Source: Octopus sinensis (taxonomy: Eukaryota). From it: 64,000 nucleotides of DNA. The notes beneath the pieces are model-generated. The model was not told the DNA's origin and did no database searches. It worked only from the letters and a program-made list of their open reading frames with translations. This document shows positions 24,872 through 38,363 of the stretch, piece by piece (positions within the stretch are counted from its first letter, which is position 1; each line of letters begins with the position of its first letter). The position numbers and the translations under genes were made by a program. The stretch spans positions 45,136,001 to 45,200,000 of the forward strand of contig NC_043012.1 in assembly GCF_006345805.1 (NCBI RefSeq). Reading direction: 5' to 3'.

Positions 24872-26922
24872 TATGTTTGACTTTTGCTTTATATTTGTAC
24901 AAGTTGGCTCCAAGTCTCACCCAGAGACCTCAAGAGACAACAGGCTGGAAGTTTATGTTGTTGTTATGCCTAGTGTGCTATATATTTGGGGTGCGGTTGG
25001 TGCTGTACTAATGAATGTCTAAAAAAAAATTTTTTTTTTAAACCGAAAATTATGTTTGTTTTAAACCTTGAGATTACATAGAAAGTATTTTGCGTAGGAT
25101 ATGAGCAGTTCCCATGAGCACTATCTTTTGAATTTCTGCCATTTGGGGTTTCCTGGTATGTGAGTTAGGTAGCTATCAGCCCCTTTTGATATCAATCCCA
25201 GGGCACCTATGACAACAGGTATTGTTTTAGTCTTCAGGTTCCACATTTTGCTGATTTCTATTTCAAGATCTTTATATTTGCTCAGCTTTTGGGTTTTTGT
25301 AGGTTTGGTAGTCTTATGAACCTTAAGGTTTTTCAAATATTCAATGTCAGATCTAAATAGTTTAATTTGTTGTTGCAAACGCTCTTGCCAAGTATTCATT
25401 TATCATTCAGAATATCTAAGGTGGCAGTTTTAGCACGGGTTTTTATGCGCTTAGCTTTTTCAGTGCCTGTTTCTTGTGTGTCTAATTCGGGAATTTGTTG
25501 TATTCGGAATTCACTTAGATATTCCTTTGCCTGTTTTGTTACTGAGTATGATGCCTTCTTGTTTTCATGTTTTGAGACAAGTTTTAACATCCAGTCCTCA
25601 GAGTTTTTCAGGTAAGTGTCTAGGCCAATTGTAGCAACCTTCATGGTTATAGCCAGTTGTAAAAGCCCACGGCCTCCTTCTTTTCTTGGTAGATAAAGTC
25701 GATCTATATCTGCCTTAGGGTGGTGCATTCTATGCATTGTCAACAGTTTTCGTATTTTTCTGTCAAGATTACATATTTCAGTAATTGACCAGTTAACGAT
25801 ATTGAAACTGTAAGTCACGACTGGTATGGCTAAAGCATTGATCTCTGCGATAACATTCTCTCCTGATCCTTTCCTTCATCTCTGAATGCCTTATTCCTTC
25901 TCCTTCAATTACCTCTAGATACTTGTAGTTCTCTGCTGGGTCTCATTCTTTTATGACATTCTGCTGGTCAAGGTTAACGTTAGATGTTTCTGTCATTTTT
26001 CCTTTTGATAAAGGTAGCTTTTGCACACTTATCGAGGCCAAATTGCATTCTGATGTCATCACTGAATTGTTTGACAATCGCTAGTAAGCCCTTGAGTTGT
26101 TGGTCAATTTTTGCAAAGAGCTTTAAATCATCCATGTAAATGAGATGATTTATATTTTTATCAAACATTTTATATCCGTACTGCGCGTCATTGAGCAGTT
26201 TTGAGAGAGGTATTAAGGCTAAACAGAAGAGGAGTGGTGATAGTGAGTCACCCTGGAAAATGCCACATGAAATTTTTACATCACCAGCATTTAGAGATTT
26301 ATTGTCACTGTTCAAAGTTAGTGTGGTTCTCCATGATCTCATACTTACAGACAAAAAGTTTCCAGCTATGTGGTAGGCTATCAAAAGCCTTTTTATAGTC
26401 TATCCAGGCTATTGATAAGTTTTTGTGTCGTTTGTGACAATCTTCTAAGATCATCTTATTGATGAGTAGTTGATCTTTACAATCGTAGGATCCACGTTTA
26501 CATCCTTTCTGTTCATTAGGGAATATGCTGCTGTCTGTCAAAAAACTATAGGTATATTCCGTCAGGAGAGATGTTAGTGTTTTATACATAGTTGTTAAGC
26601 AGGTTATGGGTCTATAGTTTTTTGGTTCATTTGTTTCTTCACTTTTTGGAAGCAGGAATGTTAACCCATTAAGTAGCCAAGGAGGCATCCTACTAGGGTA
26701 TTGCAAAACATCATTGTAAAGTTATGTTAGCAGTTCATGGCTCTCTGGGAAGGCTTTCAACCAAAAGTTAGGGATTTTATCCTTTCCTGGAGACTTCCAT
26801 TTGCTTGACCTCCTGAGAGCAGATCTTATATCCTCTACATTGACACCCTCCCACTTTTGCTCTTCTAAGGTGTCCAGTTCTTTAGATATTCTATCAATCC
26901 AGGGGGCCTTTTCGCTGTGTGT
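24871..26922 (-). mobile_element. 5'-truncated, internally rearranged R4/Dong element (RT, thumb, REL end, 3' UTR)
   Basis: WKSPGKDKIPNFWLK, KNYRPITCL, EQKGCKRGS, IDYKKAFDS, GIFQGDSLSPLLFCLAL, HLIYMDDLKL, LYLPRKEGGRGL, KYKDLE...PVVIGALG; frameshifted. Confidence 0.92.
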
Positions 26923-27331
26923 TGAAATAAAAATCAGCAAAATGTGGAAGCTGAAGACTAAAACAATACCTGTTGTCATAGGTGCCCTGGGAATGATAGC
27001 GAAAGGGACTGATTTCTACCTAACTCAGATACCAGGAAACCCCAAAATGGCAGAAATTCAAAAGATAGTGCTCATGGGAACTGCTCATATCCTACGCAAA
27101 ATACTCTCTATGTAATCCCAAGGTTTAAAACAAACTTTTTTATTTATTTATTTTTATTTATTTATTCATTTATTTTTATTTTTTTTACTTGTATGTATTA
27201 GACATTCACTAGTACAACACCAAAAAAAACCCCCAAATATATGGCACAGAACTTCCAACCTGTTGTTTCTTGAGGTCTCTGGGTGAGACTTGGAGCCAAC
27301 TTGTACAGACATAAAGCAAAAGTCAAACATA

Positions 27332-27332
<1 letters not shown>
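26922..27332 (+). mobile_element. R4/Dong 3' end (same subfamily as 24871-26922) in inverted orientation
   Basis: ISKMWKLKTKTIPVVIGALG...GTAHILRKILSM* plus a 3' UTR that is the approximate reverse complement of 24871-25270. Confidence 0.9.
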
Positions 27333-27412
<80 letters not shown>

Positions 27413-27439
27413 CAACAACAATAATAATAATAATCATTG

Positions 27440-27810
27440 CCTATATCACGAATGAAGTCTTAGACTTGCCCCAAACTGCTACAAGTTCAGGTACCTAAAG
27501 TGCTACACTGGAAACTCTGCGAAAAGTGGGGTCTAGAGAGAAGCAAGACGAGGTACGAGCCCAGACCACAGAAGGCGGCGGTGTCAGTTACTAGCAAAAT
27601 CCTCTTGGACTTCCCAATCCAAACAGATCAGGTGCTAGAGCATAACAGATGGGACCTAATAGTGGTGGACAAGGTGCACAGTATACGCTACATAGTCGAT
27701 GATGTATGCTCCTTTGGCCCACAGATAGTCAAGAAGGAAGGTAAAAAGATAGATAAATACAATTCTCTTGTGTACGTAATAACCCGGCTATGGAAAATGA
27801 AGTAAATTTA
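27440..27810 (+). mobile_element. Degenerate R4/Dong post-CCHC/REL fragment
   Basis: HWKLCEKWG...ILLDFPIQTDQVLEHNRWDLIVVDK...KIDKY...RLWKMK. Confidence 0.75.
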
Positions 27811-29439
27811 ACTTACTACCCACCCTTCTTAATCAGAAATACAACGTTCAGCATTGTTTTATTGAAAAAATAGATACCCTCAGCAATTAAACTTGCATAC
27901 GAAAATTAATTTAAGCACTCATAATTTCTTCCATGTAATCGCATTCTTTCTTTATTTCACATGCCAAAGAACATTGCTTAGAAGCCGGTATCTGAGAGGG
28001 TGATAAACGATGTAAGCCATTGGGTCATGGTTTAGATTAATTTCAAACAGAAATAAGTTTACGTCTCTTCATATTTTTCTGTGCTCACAACACACAAATC
28101 TACTCTCACAAATGATAGCAACAGGGAGTATATGATTAATTTCAATAATATAGCTACCACTTAGACAGACAAAAGGCACATAGTTGTAAGCTTCCTATCA
28201 TCATTCAGTAAATACTAATAACATATCAGAAATACCTTTACATGTAAGATCAATAACGAACAAACCAATCGTTATGATATCAACGGCGTTCTGCTTAAGA
28301 CTAACTTAATCTCTAGGATTGGCTAAGATAACGATACAACACATGTATTTCGAATGTCAATGGATTTAGTATGTATCAAACCTAATCCAATGGTATTATA
28401 AAATACTTGAAGGATCTGTTTATAAAATTAAAAAAAAAAGATCATATTAGAAGCCCCGTTTCATCACTCACTGGTATCCAATAACATCAATACAATTCAT
28501 CTGATCGAAAGAAACGTTTATTTTTAATCATTGATAAAATTCTGAACCGTAAAAAATCGGTGTAGAAGTATTTCATTTCACAATTATATTTCAATATCTC
28601 GGCACGCGTACCTAGCAAGGAGGTATAAAAAGTTACAAGTGCTAGTAAAATATACCCAGGATTAACATTGTCACCTGCAATGATCTCAATAAATGCAACA
28701 ATAATTAATGTTCCAAATATATCCACAAGGCCAGCAAATGGATGGCGGAGTAAATAACATCGACTCCAGCACTTGACTAGTACATTATTTTATGGAACCT
28801 GAAAGGATATAAATTTGAGTTGAAAATGGATGAACTCATGAAAAACTGAAGCAACGAAATATCACTACACACCTTAATCCGACGCTCTAACGATTCTGTT
28901 AATCCACCAGCGTAATAGCTCACATTTGTTAAGACGTTTGTTCTTTGTATACCTATGAATTTTGAAAATTTTGGAAAACGTTGCTGATTAAAATGGAAGA
29001 AAAACGTTTTATAGTTTTCTTTTGGATTAATACAAAACATAATATTTCGCTTAAGTTGCAATATATTTTCTATCAAAATAATGATCAAAGAATGCTATTT
29101 TGATATTTAACGTTTCTATGTATGAAAATTGCGACAACAGCAAAGTCAAAAATACACTAAAGAAGCAGGAATTTGTACCGAAACAAGCAGCAGACGTTTG
29201 TTTTTCTTTGTCAGCCAAACGTATATAAAAAAGTTTGATAAAATAAATTTATTAGCGAAGACATCAGCAAACACATACAAACTTTGTTTATATTTTATTT
29301 TTGCACTGTGGTTAGAAACACACACAAACACACTCACACACACACACGCAAACGCACCCACACACAGAGACACACTCACACACAGGCGCACACACAGACA
29401 CACACACGCCCAAACGTACGCACGCGCACACACACACGC

Positions 29440-30780
29440 ACATGTGCATGCCATTCACAAGCTTCTTACTCCAAATTTGTTGGGAGGCATAATTTCTTTC
29501 TCCATCCTGACTTCTATTTCAATTGAAACTCAACAAATTTTGAGGAGATGACCAAAGACGAAGTTACCTTGTGTTCAATGCAGTCAATATCATCTTTCGT
29601 CCAAGCCATGTGGCAAATAAAGATTCCCAATTTTTCCCTGTTAAAGGAAGGTGGAGAAATGATCTTCACTATGGGTTCAGCAGATAGCTGGAATTTCGCC
29701 GCAGGTGACAAGTTGTACAACATAATTCATCCGCCAGCCATAATGCTCAGGCATATAAGGAGTACGTGCAGAACGGTTCATCACTCTCCGCGCATCAGAA
29801 GCAGGCTCGGTTTACGGTACTATTAATCAGTAGTATTCTAGGCTAGGGAGTTCTTGAAATTATCCACAGGCTCTGATCAGAACAGGCAAGTCCATTGATT
29901 TTCATCGAGGCCTAGATTTTCCTTCCTTTAGAAAACCATCGGTTTTGTGTGCCACTAATCCCTTTTACAATATCAATGCTCAACTGGTACAGAAGTATGA
30001 ACGACTGACGATACATTCGAAATGACAAGTGCTCTGTATCAGTCTCAGGGATCTGAATGGAAGGGAGGTATATGTTGTGATGCTGTTTAGGAGTTGGAGA
30101 ATTCTGATGCTGGTGAAATTCTTTATACTGTCTATGCTGCTTATTCTTTGGGGCTTCAGCTTCTGGGGTTCCTGCTGTAGATCTTGCTGTTTTTCTTTTC
30201 GCACTTGCTGCTGATTTTGCTGTAGTAGTTGTTGTTGTTACTACTGTTTTTCCGGATATGATTGCACGCTGTTGTTTGTGTTGTAGTAGCTGTAATTATG
30301 GTTTCGCTTTCTCTTTTGGGAGGAGGATTTTTTGGCAGCAAGCCTCACTATATGTGTGAATTTAGGTATTTTACCCTGCACCGTGACATGGAGTTGTCTT
30401 CCATTCAGCAGTTAAATTAGACCCGGCGTGTATTCCGATTTCACCAGTAATAGGACCTCTAGTCCTATTCCAGCGTGATTCTCGGAGAGAGTATCACTTC
30501 CCTCCGGAGCGGCACCAAATTGATGTTCAATCTTGATGATATAACGGATTTTTCACACTCTGTTTTTCACGTATGTGGGAAAGAGGGAAAAGTTCTCATT
30601 CTTATTGCTTTCTTCAAGAACTCCGAATTGTCGAGCTGTAGCGATGAAATCTATATTTGCCCATATTTCGTACAAGCATCATTTCACGTGTGCCTGTATG
30701 GCTTTTTCCATACGTCGGTTTTTCACTAGTTTCCACTAGTTTTCTGGCTGACATCACAACCTATTGATGGAATTAGACGG
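29440..30780 (-). mobile_element. Old Tx1/L1-clade element with a large internal deletion: ORF1-like remnant joined to the ORF2 C-terminus
   Basis: 29514..29723 QLSAEPIVKIISPPSFNREKLGIFI aligns with GLSAESIVNIVTPPSFKREGRAIFI in ORF 46567..47448. A CF*CAESDE knuckle remnant lies near 29770. The stop-interrupted frame at 30320-30680 (LLNGRQLHVTVQGKIP) is only weakly ORF1-like. Confidence 0.6.
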
Positions 30781-31339
30781 GGTGTTTTTGTTTTCTTTGT
30801 TTCCCACATTGTTTTTATTGTTGTTTATGTAATTGTTGTTACTATTGTTGTTGCTGCGGCTCGCACGATTTTGGCCACAGTGATGGTATAATTTCATAAT
30901 CTGTACTTTGAGGAGGGTAGAAACATTCGTTCACTGATCAGCTGGATAGAAGGGGCTGAATGGAATTTCTCACTCTCTTCTCAAAACTTATCTCTCGCTT
31001 GCTGGCTGTTAAAATAATTGTCATCTTTTAAAGGCGTTTAAAATGTTTGAGAAATTTGTTAAAGATTTCTGTCAGAAAGTTGTGGCAAACCAAACATTAA
31101 AGTGTCCACCTAGCTCTTGGTTAAAATGACAAAATGTACTAACAAATAACAAATATTAATAATAGGAATGTGTTAAACGATTAAAATATACACTATAACC
31201 TATGGAGAACAATCGAGAGCATGTTGTTAGCATAATGAACGCCATCCACAACATCAACAGTTGTAGTCACTAGAAAAAACAACTAAAAATAAGGATAATA
31301 ATAAAAGGAATATTAATTCACCACTTATTCGCCCAAACA

Positions 31340-31790
31340 TGAAGTCATTTCTCAGGCAAGTGCTAAGAGCTCTATCGTCAAATGTCTGGGTCACGATGTA
31401 GTCAAAAGTTCATTGGAATACGCAGAAATGTACCACCTAGACCTTGTAACTGTGATGAAAGACGCTTGTTATAAAAGTCGTCTGTTAATTGTGCAGGTCA
31501 CATTTTCATTTATCTGTTACTCTCAAAGATCTTGGATGCGGCGTCACATTCCTTCGCTCTAACGGTCCTGGAGGATATCATCCAACTTGCTTAAAGTATA
31601 GTACTGACAGATCCTCGTTTATGCAAAGATGGTCCACTATAAGGCTGAAGTCTAACTAGATCTTCCCTCACGTCCTTTTGAGCAGGTTTACCTACATCAG
31701 GAGATCAGGTACAGGATAGCGATCGACTGACAATATTTTCTAAATTGTAAATGCTTTCAGCGTGTGTTACACCATTTCCTTCACTTGATA
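31340..31790 (-). mobile_element. Possible highly degraded Ty3/Gypsy RT relic
   Basis: KILSVDRYPVP (31707-31739) resembles the Gypsy RT motif KVLEVDQYPLP and is followed by LDFS; the rest is not alignable by eye. Confidence 0.3.
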
Positions 31791-32323
31791 ACAATGATGA
31801 TGAGGAAGATGATAATGTATTATCAGGCCCGCGTGTAAGTGCATGTCATAGTTTCTGCACGGATTTACTGTCTACAAATTAACAATCTTCACGTTTAGCT
31901 TAATATTTTGCGGGAAATTTAGCGGCAAAAGTTGTGTTGTTGATGCAGTTGTCGGTGCTGTCGTTGTCATCATCATTATTATCACGAGTTTTGATGATAC
32001 TGTTAACGGTAATGATGATGGTAAAGAAAATGGTATAGATAAGCCTTCTGAAGTAGTTACTGCTACAACTGCCAATTAAACTGTCGGAGTGTCGTTAGCA
32101 ATTGAATTGGACGCCATATTGTTACTTATGAAAATGCAATATAAAATTGTGTGCAAACATTTTACAAGACTTTTTACTGTTTTAAAGGGACAAACGTCGG
32201 AAACTGGTAGGCTCTTCCAATTGTTGCGCTGATTCCGAGCGAAATAATTAATGTAGTCAGGTACAGACAACGAATTTCCACCAAACTTTGCGCAGCATTA
32301 AAAGGTAACTTGCTGTTATACCA

Positions 32324-32368
<45 letters not shown>

Positions 32369-33183
32369 CATAATAGGAAGAAAAACAAGTACAACATATT
32401 AATACTAATCATAATAATAGTGTGCTTAATTTCATTTTGATAATAATATAATTTTAGTAAAGAAATTTAGTAAAGGAATATGCAAACGCTAACCTGCACT
32501 TACACACAGACGCACGCACACGCGTATATCTACACACACAAGCACTCGCACACACACGCGCATGCGTGTAATCACACGCGCAGACACACATACGCACACA
32601 CATAAACGCACACACACACGCACACATATAAACACACACCACACACACACACACAAACAACAAATCAATTAGTGTGAAATAACTGCTCTAATAGCATTTT
32701 ATTTAAGCAGATAAACGCAGGTTCCCGCATGATAGAAATTGAATTAATTCATTGTAAACTTGCATGTGTTAATAACAGGTTTGAAAATCACATTACTTTT
32801 ATAATGAAGCTAAATCTGTGAAAATGAGCCAAATTTATATTTCACTGTTTTAGTTTTTCTCTTACCAAATCAATCAAAAATGCTTCTTTCGTTTTTGTTT
32901 TCTTGTCCCTTTATTTAGATTCACTTTATGTTTAGATTTCTTTCTTTACTTTGTTATTTCTATAGATATACTTTTCTAAAAATTACATCGATGCTTTAAT
33001 ATATTGTTTGAGATAGTGTTTTGTAGACATTTCCAGTAAATTAAACGGTAAATGTAAAGCAATGACGTTTAAGATAAATATTAAATGATAATAAACTGCG
33101 TTCCACTCGATCTCTTTTCATGAGTTATAGATACAATTTTTAGATTTAGCCAGGGTGGAAACGTAGAACTGTGGTGTGTGTGT

Positions 33184-33239
<56 letters not shown>

Positions 33240-33472
33240 TGTGTGTCAAAATTGCCAGCAATGCCACTGATATGAAGTTACTGTATCAAGAAATCAGAGT
33301 CGAATTACGGTACTTGGTACATACATACAAACATACGCGGTTCATTAAAAGTGAAGTTCAGAGTTTGTCTGGCATGGAATTATTTAGGTTATAACAAAAA
33401 AATATCCTCTACAATATATATTGAGCACTATTTTCTCATATTTTCATTCGTTCGACGTGAAATTCATATGGT

Positions 33473-34094
<622 letters not shown>

Positions 34095-34265
34095 TAGAGT
34101 CCACAGTGATCCGTATGTAGGAGAGGTGCAGCCGGAGGGTAAATACCCAAACGAGAATCCGTAAAGGGTAGATAAAGAGTAGATAAAGAGTCCAGTGGAG
34201 AAGTTCTTAGTGGTAAGAAATGACAGGATCAACATGTGCGACCACGTGAGCGTGTGATATATATA

Positions 34266-34580
34266 GGGAGAGTTTACGAAAAAAAGCAAAAGACGAAGAC
34301 AGGTGGTGTACAAAACAAACAGATGTATAACGTTCAGGAATAGAAAAAGTCTTTTACGTTTCGAGTCTACGCTCTTCTACAGAAGGGGCACAGAAAAAAC
34401 AAGGAGAGAAAAAAATGTGTGCAGTGACTAAGCCACTACATACATTTTGTTTCTCTCCTTCGTCTTTCTGTGTAGGCTCGAAACGTAAAAGATTTTTTTC
34501 TATTCCTGAGCGTTATACTAATACATGTTTGTTTTGTACACCACCTGTCTTTGTCTTTTGTTTTGTTCGTAAACTCTCCC
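34266..34580. repeat. Imperfect ~315-bp palindromic element in (TA)n with degenerate hammerhead motifs
   Basis: 34266-34370 is the approximate reverse complement of 34472-34580, and an inner inverted repeat is also present. Confidence 0.85.
34351..34386 (-). ncRNA. Degenerate minimal type-I hammerhead ribozyme motif
   Basis: CCTT-CTGTAGA-A-GAGC(GTAG)ACTC-GAAA-CGT-A-AAAG; A6->U and one stem II mismatch. Confidence 0.5.
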
Positions 34581-34582
34581 TA

Positions 34583-34647
<65 letters not shown>

Positions 34648-34679
34648 CAACCATAATTGTGATAAATTCATACTAATTA

Positions 34680-35053
34680 TAAACAAGAGCATTCAGAGAG
34701 CGGAAACCTCCGGCAAGGTAACACTAACGTCCTCTCAACGATTAGCCAGAGAGGATTTTTAAAATGAGAATATCTGAAATAAACTCTACTGCTCTCATAA
34801 ACGAGAATACTAAAAATGATCCCGACCGCTCTCAAAAATTAAGTAAAAAAAAAATGAAAAATAATCTAGAATCCTTGTCCGATTCCGAATCGATCCCAAA
34901 TTCTAATCACTTCGTGCCAACCACGAGGCCAAACACCCTTGAAAGTTTCAAGCGAATCCATTCAGCGGATCTTGAGATATCTTGTCCACGGACAAACAAA
35001 TAAACAAACGCGACTGAAAACAATAGCTCCGCATTCACTAAGGCAGAGGTAAC
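34680..35053 (+). mobile_element. Probable Helentron/HINE-like non-autonomous element
   Basis: 5' acctccggcaagg subterminal motif, internal (CAAA)n, and a degenerate 3' hairpin ctccgc-attcactaa-ggcagagg; architecture recalled from DINE-1/HINE-type elements. Confidence 0.45.
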
Positions 35054-35418
35054 AATGAATCTATCGGTATACCGATACAGTCACATGTTTACTTTCTAGT
35101 AATATTCATATTATCAAATTTCCATTTATCTTGTCATAGATTTACTGATCCCTGTTTAACAATTTCGTTGTAACTTTCTATCAGAATGTTAGCCCAAGTG
35201 GGCAGGTAAATGTATGATAAAAATGTTTATGCAATTAAAGGGGGTATTATCATAACCAATACAAATTTAGATGTATTGAAGGAAGTAAACGACCAGTCAA
35301 GTTGTGTATATACATGCGTGCATACACATGCGTGAATATAGTTAGTTACATATTTATGATCTATTTAAATGAAGTAAGTATCTTTCCTCTACACACCTTC
35401 AAATTTGATGGTAATATA

Positions 35419-35655
35419 CCTATTTCTTTATTACCCACAAAGGGGCTAAACACACAGGGGACAAACAAGGGCAGACATAGGTATTAAGTCGATTACATCA
35501 ACCCCAGTGCGTAACTGGTACTTAATTTATCGACCCCGAAAGGATGAAAGGCAAAGTCGACCTCGGCGGAATTTGAACTCACAACGTAACGGCAGACGAA
35601 ATACCGCTAAGCATTTCGCCTGGCGTGCTAACGTTTCTGCCAGCTCGCCGCCTTC
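35419..35655 (-). mobile_element. SINE family A, full length
   Basis: Reverse complement has the head ggcggcgagctggcagaaacgttagc, B box gagttcaaattcc, core and tail. Confidence 0.9.
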
Positions 35656-36204
35656 CGGGCTGAACTGTGTGTACGATACAGACCAAATTCAGGTATCTTG
35701 CTTTATGAAGTGAGACATGCATCTGCGCCTAAAAGTCATATGCTTGATTTTTTATTTTCTTTTTAGTTCAGCAATGGGTTTCTGCTTTAAATTACTCTCT
35801 GGATGAAGAAGTGATATATTTTCAAAGTAACTTTGTTTAGCGTTAACACGTAAATTAGTAACACAAGTTTCCGTAGTTTTTCTACAAAAATATAGGAATC
35901 ATTTAGCTTCTTTCAAATTTCAAATTAATTTCCATACTCCCTGACTTTCGGGTACGTTATAACGAATCCATATAGCGTTGGCAAGTACAATTCTCAACAG
36001 TCTTGTTTGGGTATCTGTGAATGCTACAAGCTTTTAGAAAGGAAATTGTGTCTTTGGATCGGACATGTTCAACATATAGGGCTTCAAGTATTTCGTTCAG
36101 TATCCCTAAATGTCAGTGTGTAATCATGCTTTACATCTTGTTTGTTGAGGACTTGTATTGCTGCGATGTGATAAAATGCTGATGTATAATCTGTCTATAC
36201 ATGC

Positions 36205-36250
<46 letters not shown>

Positions 36251-36356
36251 ATATAGTCAGGACATATAATCTGTATATAGGCTTATACATACATACATAC
36301 ATACATACATACATACATACATACATACATACACATATATATATATATATATATGT

Positions 36357-36392
<36 letters not shown>

Positions 36393-36964
36393 CATACATA
36401 TATGTATATATACATATACATATACGTATATATATATATATATATAATATATACGCATGAACATACATGCATATATATATGTATATATATTATACCCAAA
36501 TACACGTATAAACATACACATATATAAGTGTGCATGTGTGTTCGTATTCATATTTTGATACCCATATATACACATATGCTGAACATCGTTCACCACTCAA
36601 CCTCTACGAAACAGGATGCAAGAAATTTTGTAAAATGGGAGAAGCATATTAATGAACAAATATAATAAAAAAAAAGACATACGGTTGCAAATTTCAAAGA
36701 GCATTTACACATGATATTCTTTTCAAGGCAAAAGAACATGCTCTTGTCATTACGAAAGTATCAAAGCATCGATAGTTACCTTTTCACATAAATTTCCTCT
36801 TAATTTACGAATTATTTTATTATGATTATGCTTTTTTTCTTCTTAGAGACCGTGGTTTGTTGCTTTTCTTGTTCTTTAAAGTATATTTATTCATGTTCTT
36901 GCTTCACCTGAAATAACAGCATCAACAGTAAGGGCAACAAAATAAAAATAAAATAAGCTGTCGT

Positions 36965-36966
36965 TG

Positions 36967-36999
<33 letters not shown>

Positions 37000-37038
37000 G
37001 TAATAATAATAATAATGATAATAATAATAATAATAATA

Positions 37039-37088
<50 letters not shown>

Positions 37089-37096
37089 TAATGATG

Positions 37097-37129
<33 letters not shown>

Positions 37130-37200
37130 TTAATAATAATAATAATAATGATGATAATAATAATGATATTAATGGTAATAAATAAATGATAAATAAGTAG
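36965..37200. repeat. Imperfect (AAT)n array
   Basis: Directly visible. Confidence 0.95.
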
Positions 37201-37959
37201 CAAATAAGAATAACAAAACATATAAGATTAAGTTTAATATCAAGGAAAATTGCAGCAAAATATAGAAAAATTAAATCAGTTTAAGAAATGAAAAAATATA
37301 ATAAAGAAATTACAGTATCGAAATGATTATTTGAACTTTTTAATATTCCATGACACCCCTTTGAATAGACTGTTATAGAGAGTGAAAAGGTAGAAAAGCA
37401 TGTACTCTTGGGGAGTTAGCTAGCATAGAGAGAGATAGGAAGTGAGAGAGAGAGAGAGAGATCAGAGGTTTGAGGAGCAAGTTTGATTAAGAGAAAAGCG
37501 TATTAGGTGAGTGACCTGTAGAAAAGTAAGAGAGAGGTGAGACAAGCCGTTAAAATTAGAGTATGAGAGTGGGAGACAGGAAAAAAGAAAAATAATGAGA
37601 AAGAAAAACAGAAAAAGGAAAATAATAAAGAAAGAGGGGAAGAAAAGAAATGTAAAAATTGTGAGAAAATGTCGGTTGATAATCAATATGGAATTGATCG
37701 GAAATAATATGGAATATATTAATGCCTAACTTGAAATCTTCCACTAGGAATATTAGCGTTAGTGTCGAAGTGTTGAAAGTTAGCAAGAATATTTCATCAC
37801 ATAGCCAATGGTATCAAACAATTTCACGGTTCTTCACTTCCGCTTTTTCCTGCTTCGCTAGAATTGTCGACTACAAAGAAATGGATATTTGAAATATTAA
37901 ATTGCGAAAAAATGGCAAAAAGCGTTTTGTTTCTCGATTATTAAATATGTATTTATTGA

Positions 37960-37993
<34 letters not shown>

Positions 37994-37998
37994 TAGTA

Positions 37999-38066
<68 letters not shown>

Positions 38067-38363
38067 CACACATATATATATATATATATATAATATATAT
38101 ATATTATACATATACATATACACATTATTTCTTCTACACAAAAATTCACACATATATATGCACGTGTATTTATGAGTTGTATATAACATCTGAAAGTTTG
38201 ATGGCTTGTCATTGTATTTTCTCTTAATTTTTCTTAATTGTATGGGCAGCAGGAATATAAAATTAGAAGCTAAAATACGGTCAGGTAGGCAGGTTTAAAT
38301 AACTGGCATTCAGAAGCAGGTTGTTCTTTATGGGACGATACTTTATAGATTTTATCATATATC

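Noticed and set aside
37330-37800. Purine-rich tract whose minus strand resembles a Penelope 3' UTR ending at CCTCTGAT
   Set aside because: Stops before any stem II or GAAA; only compositional similarity.
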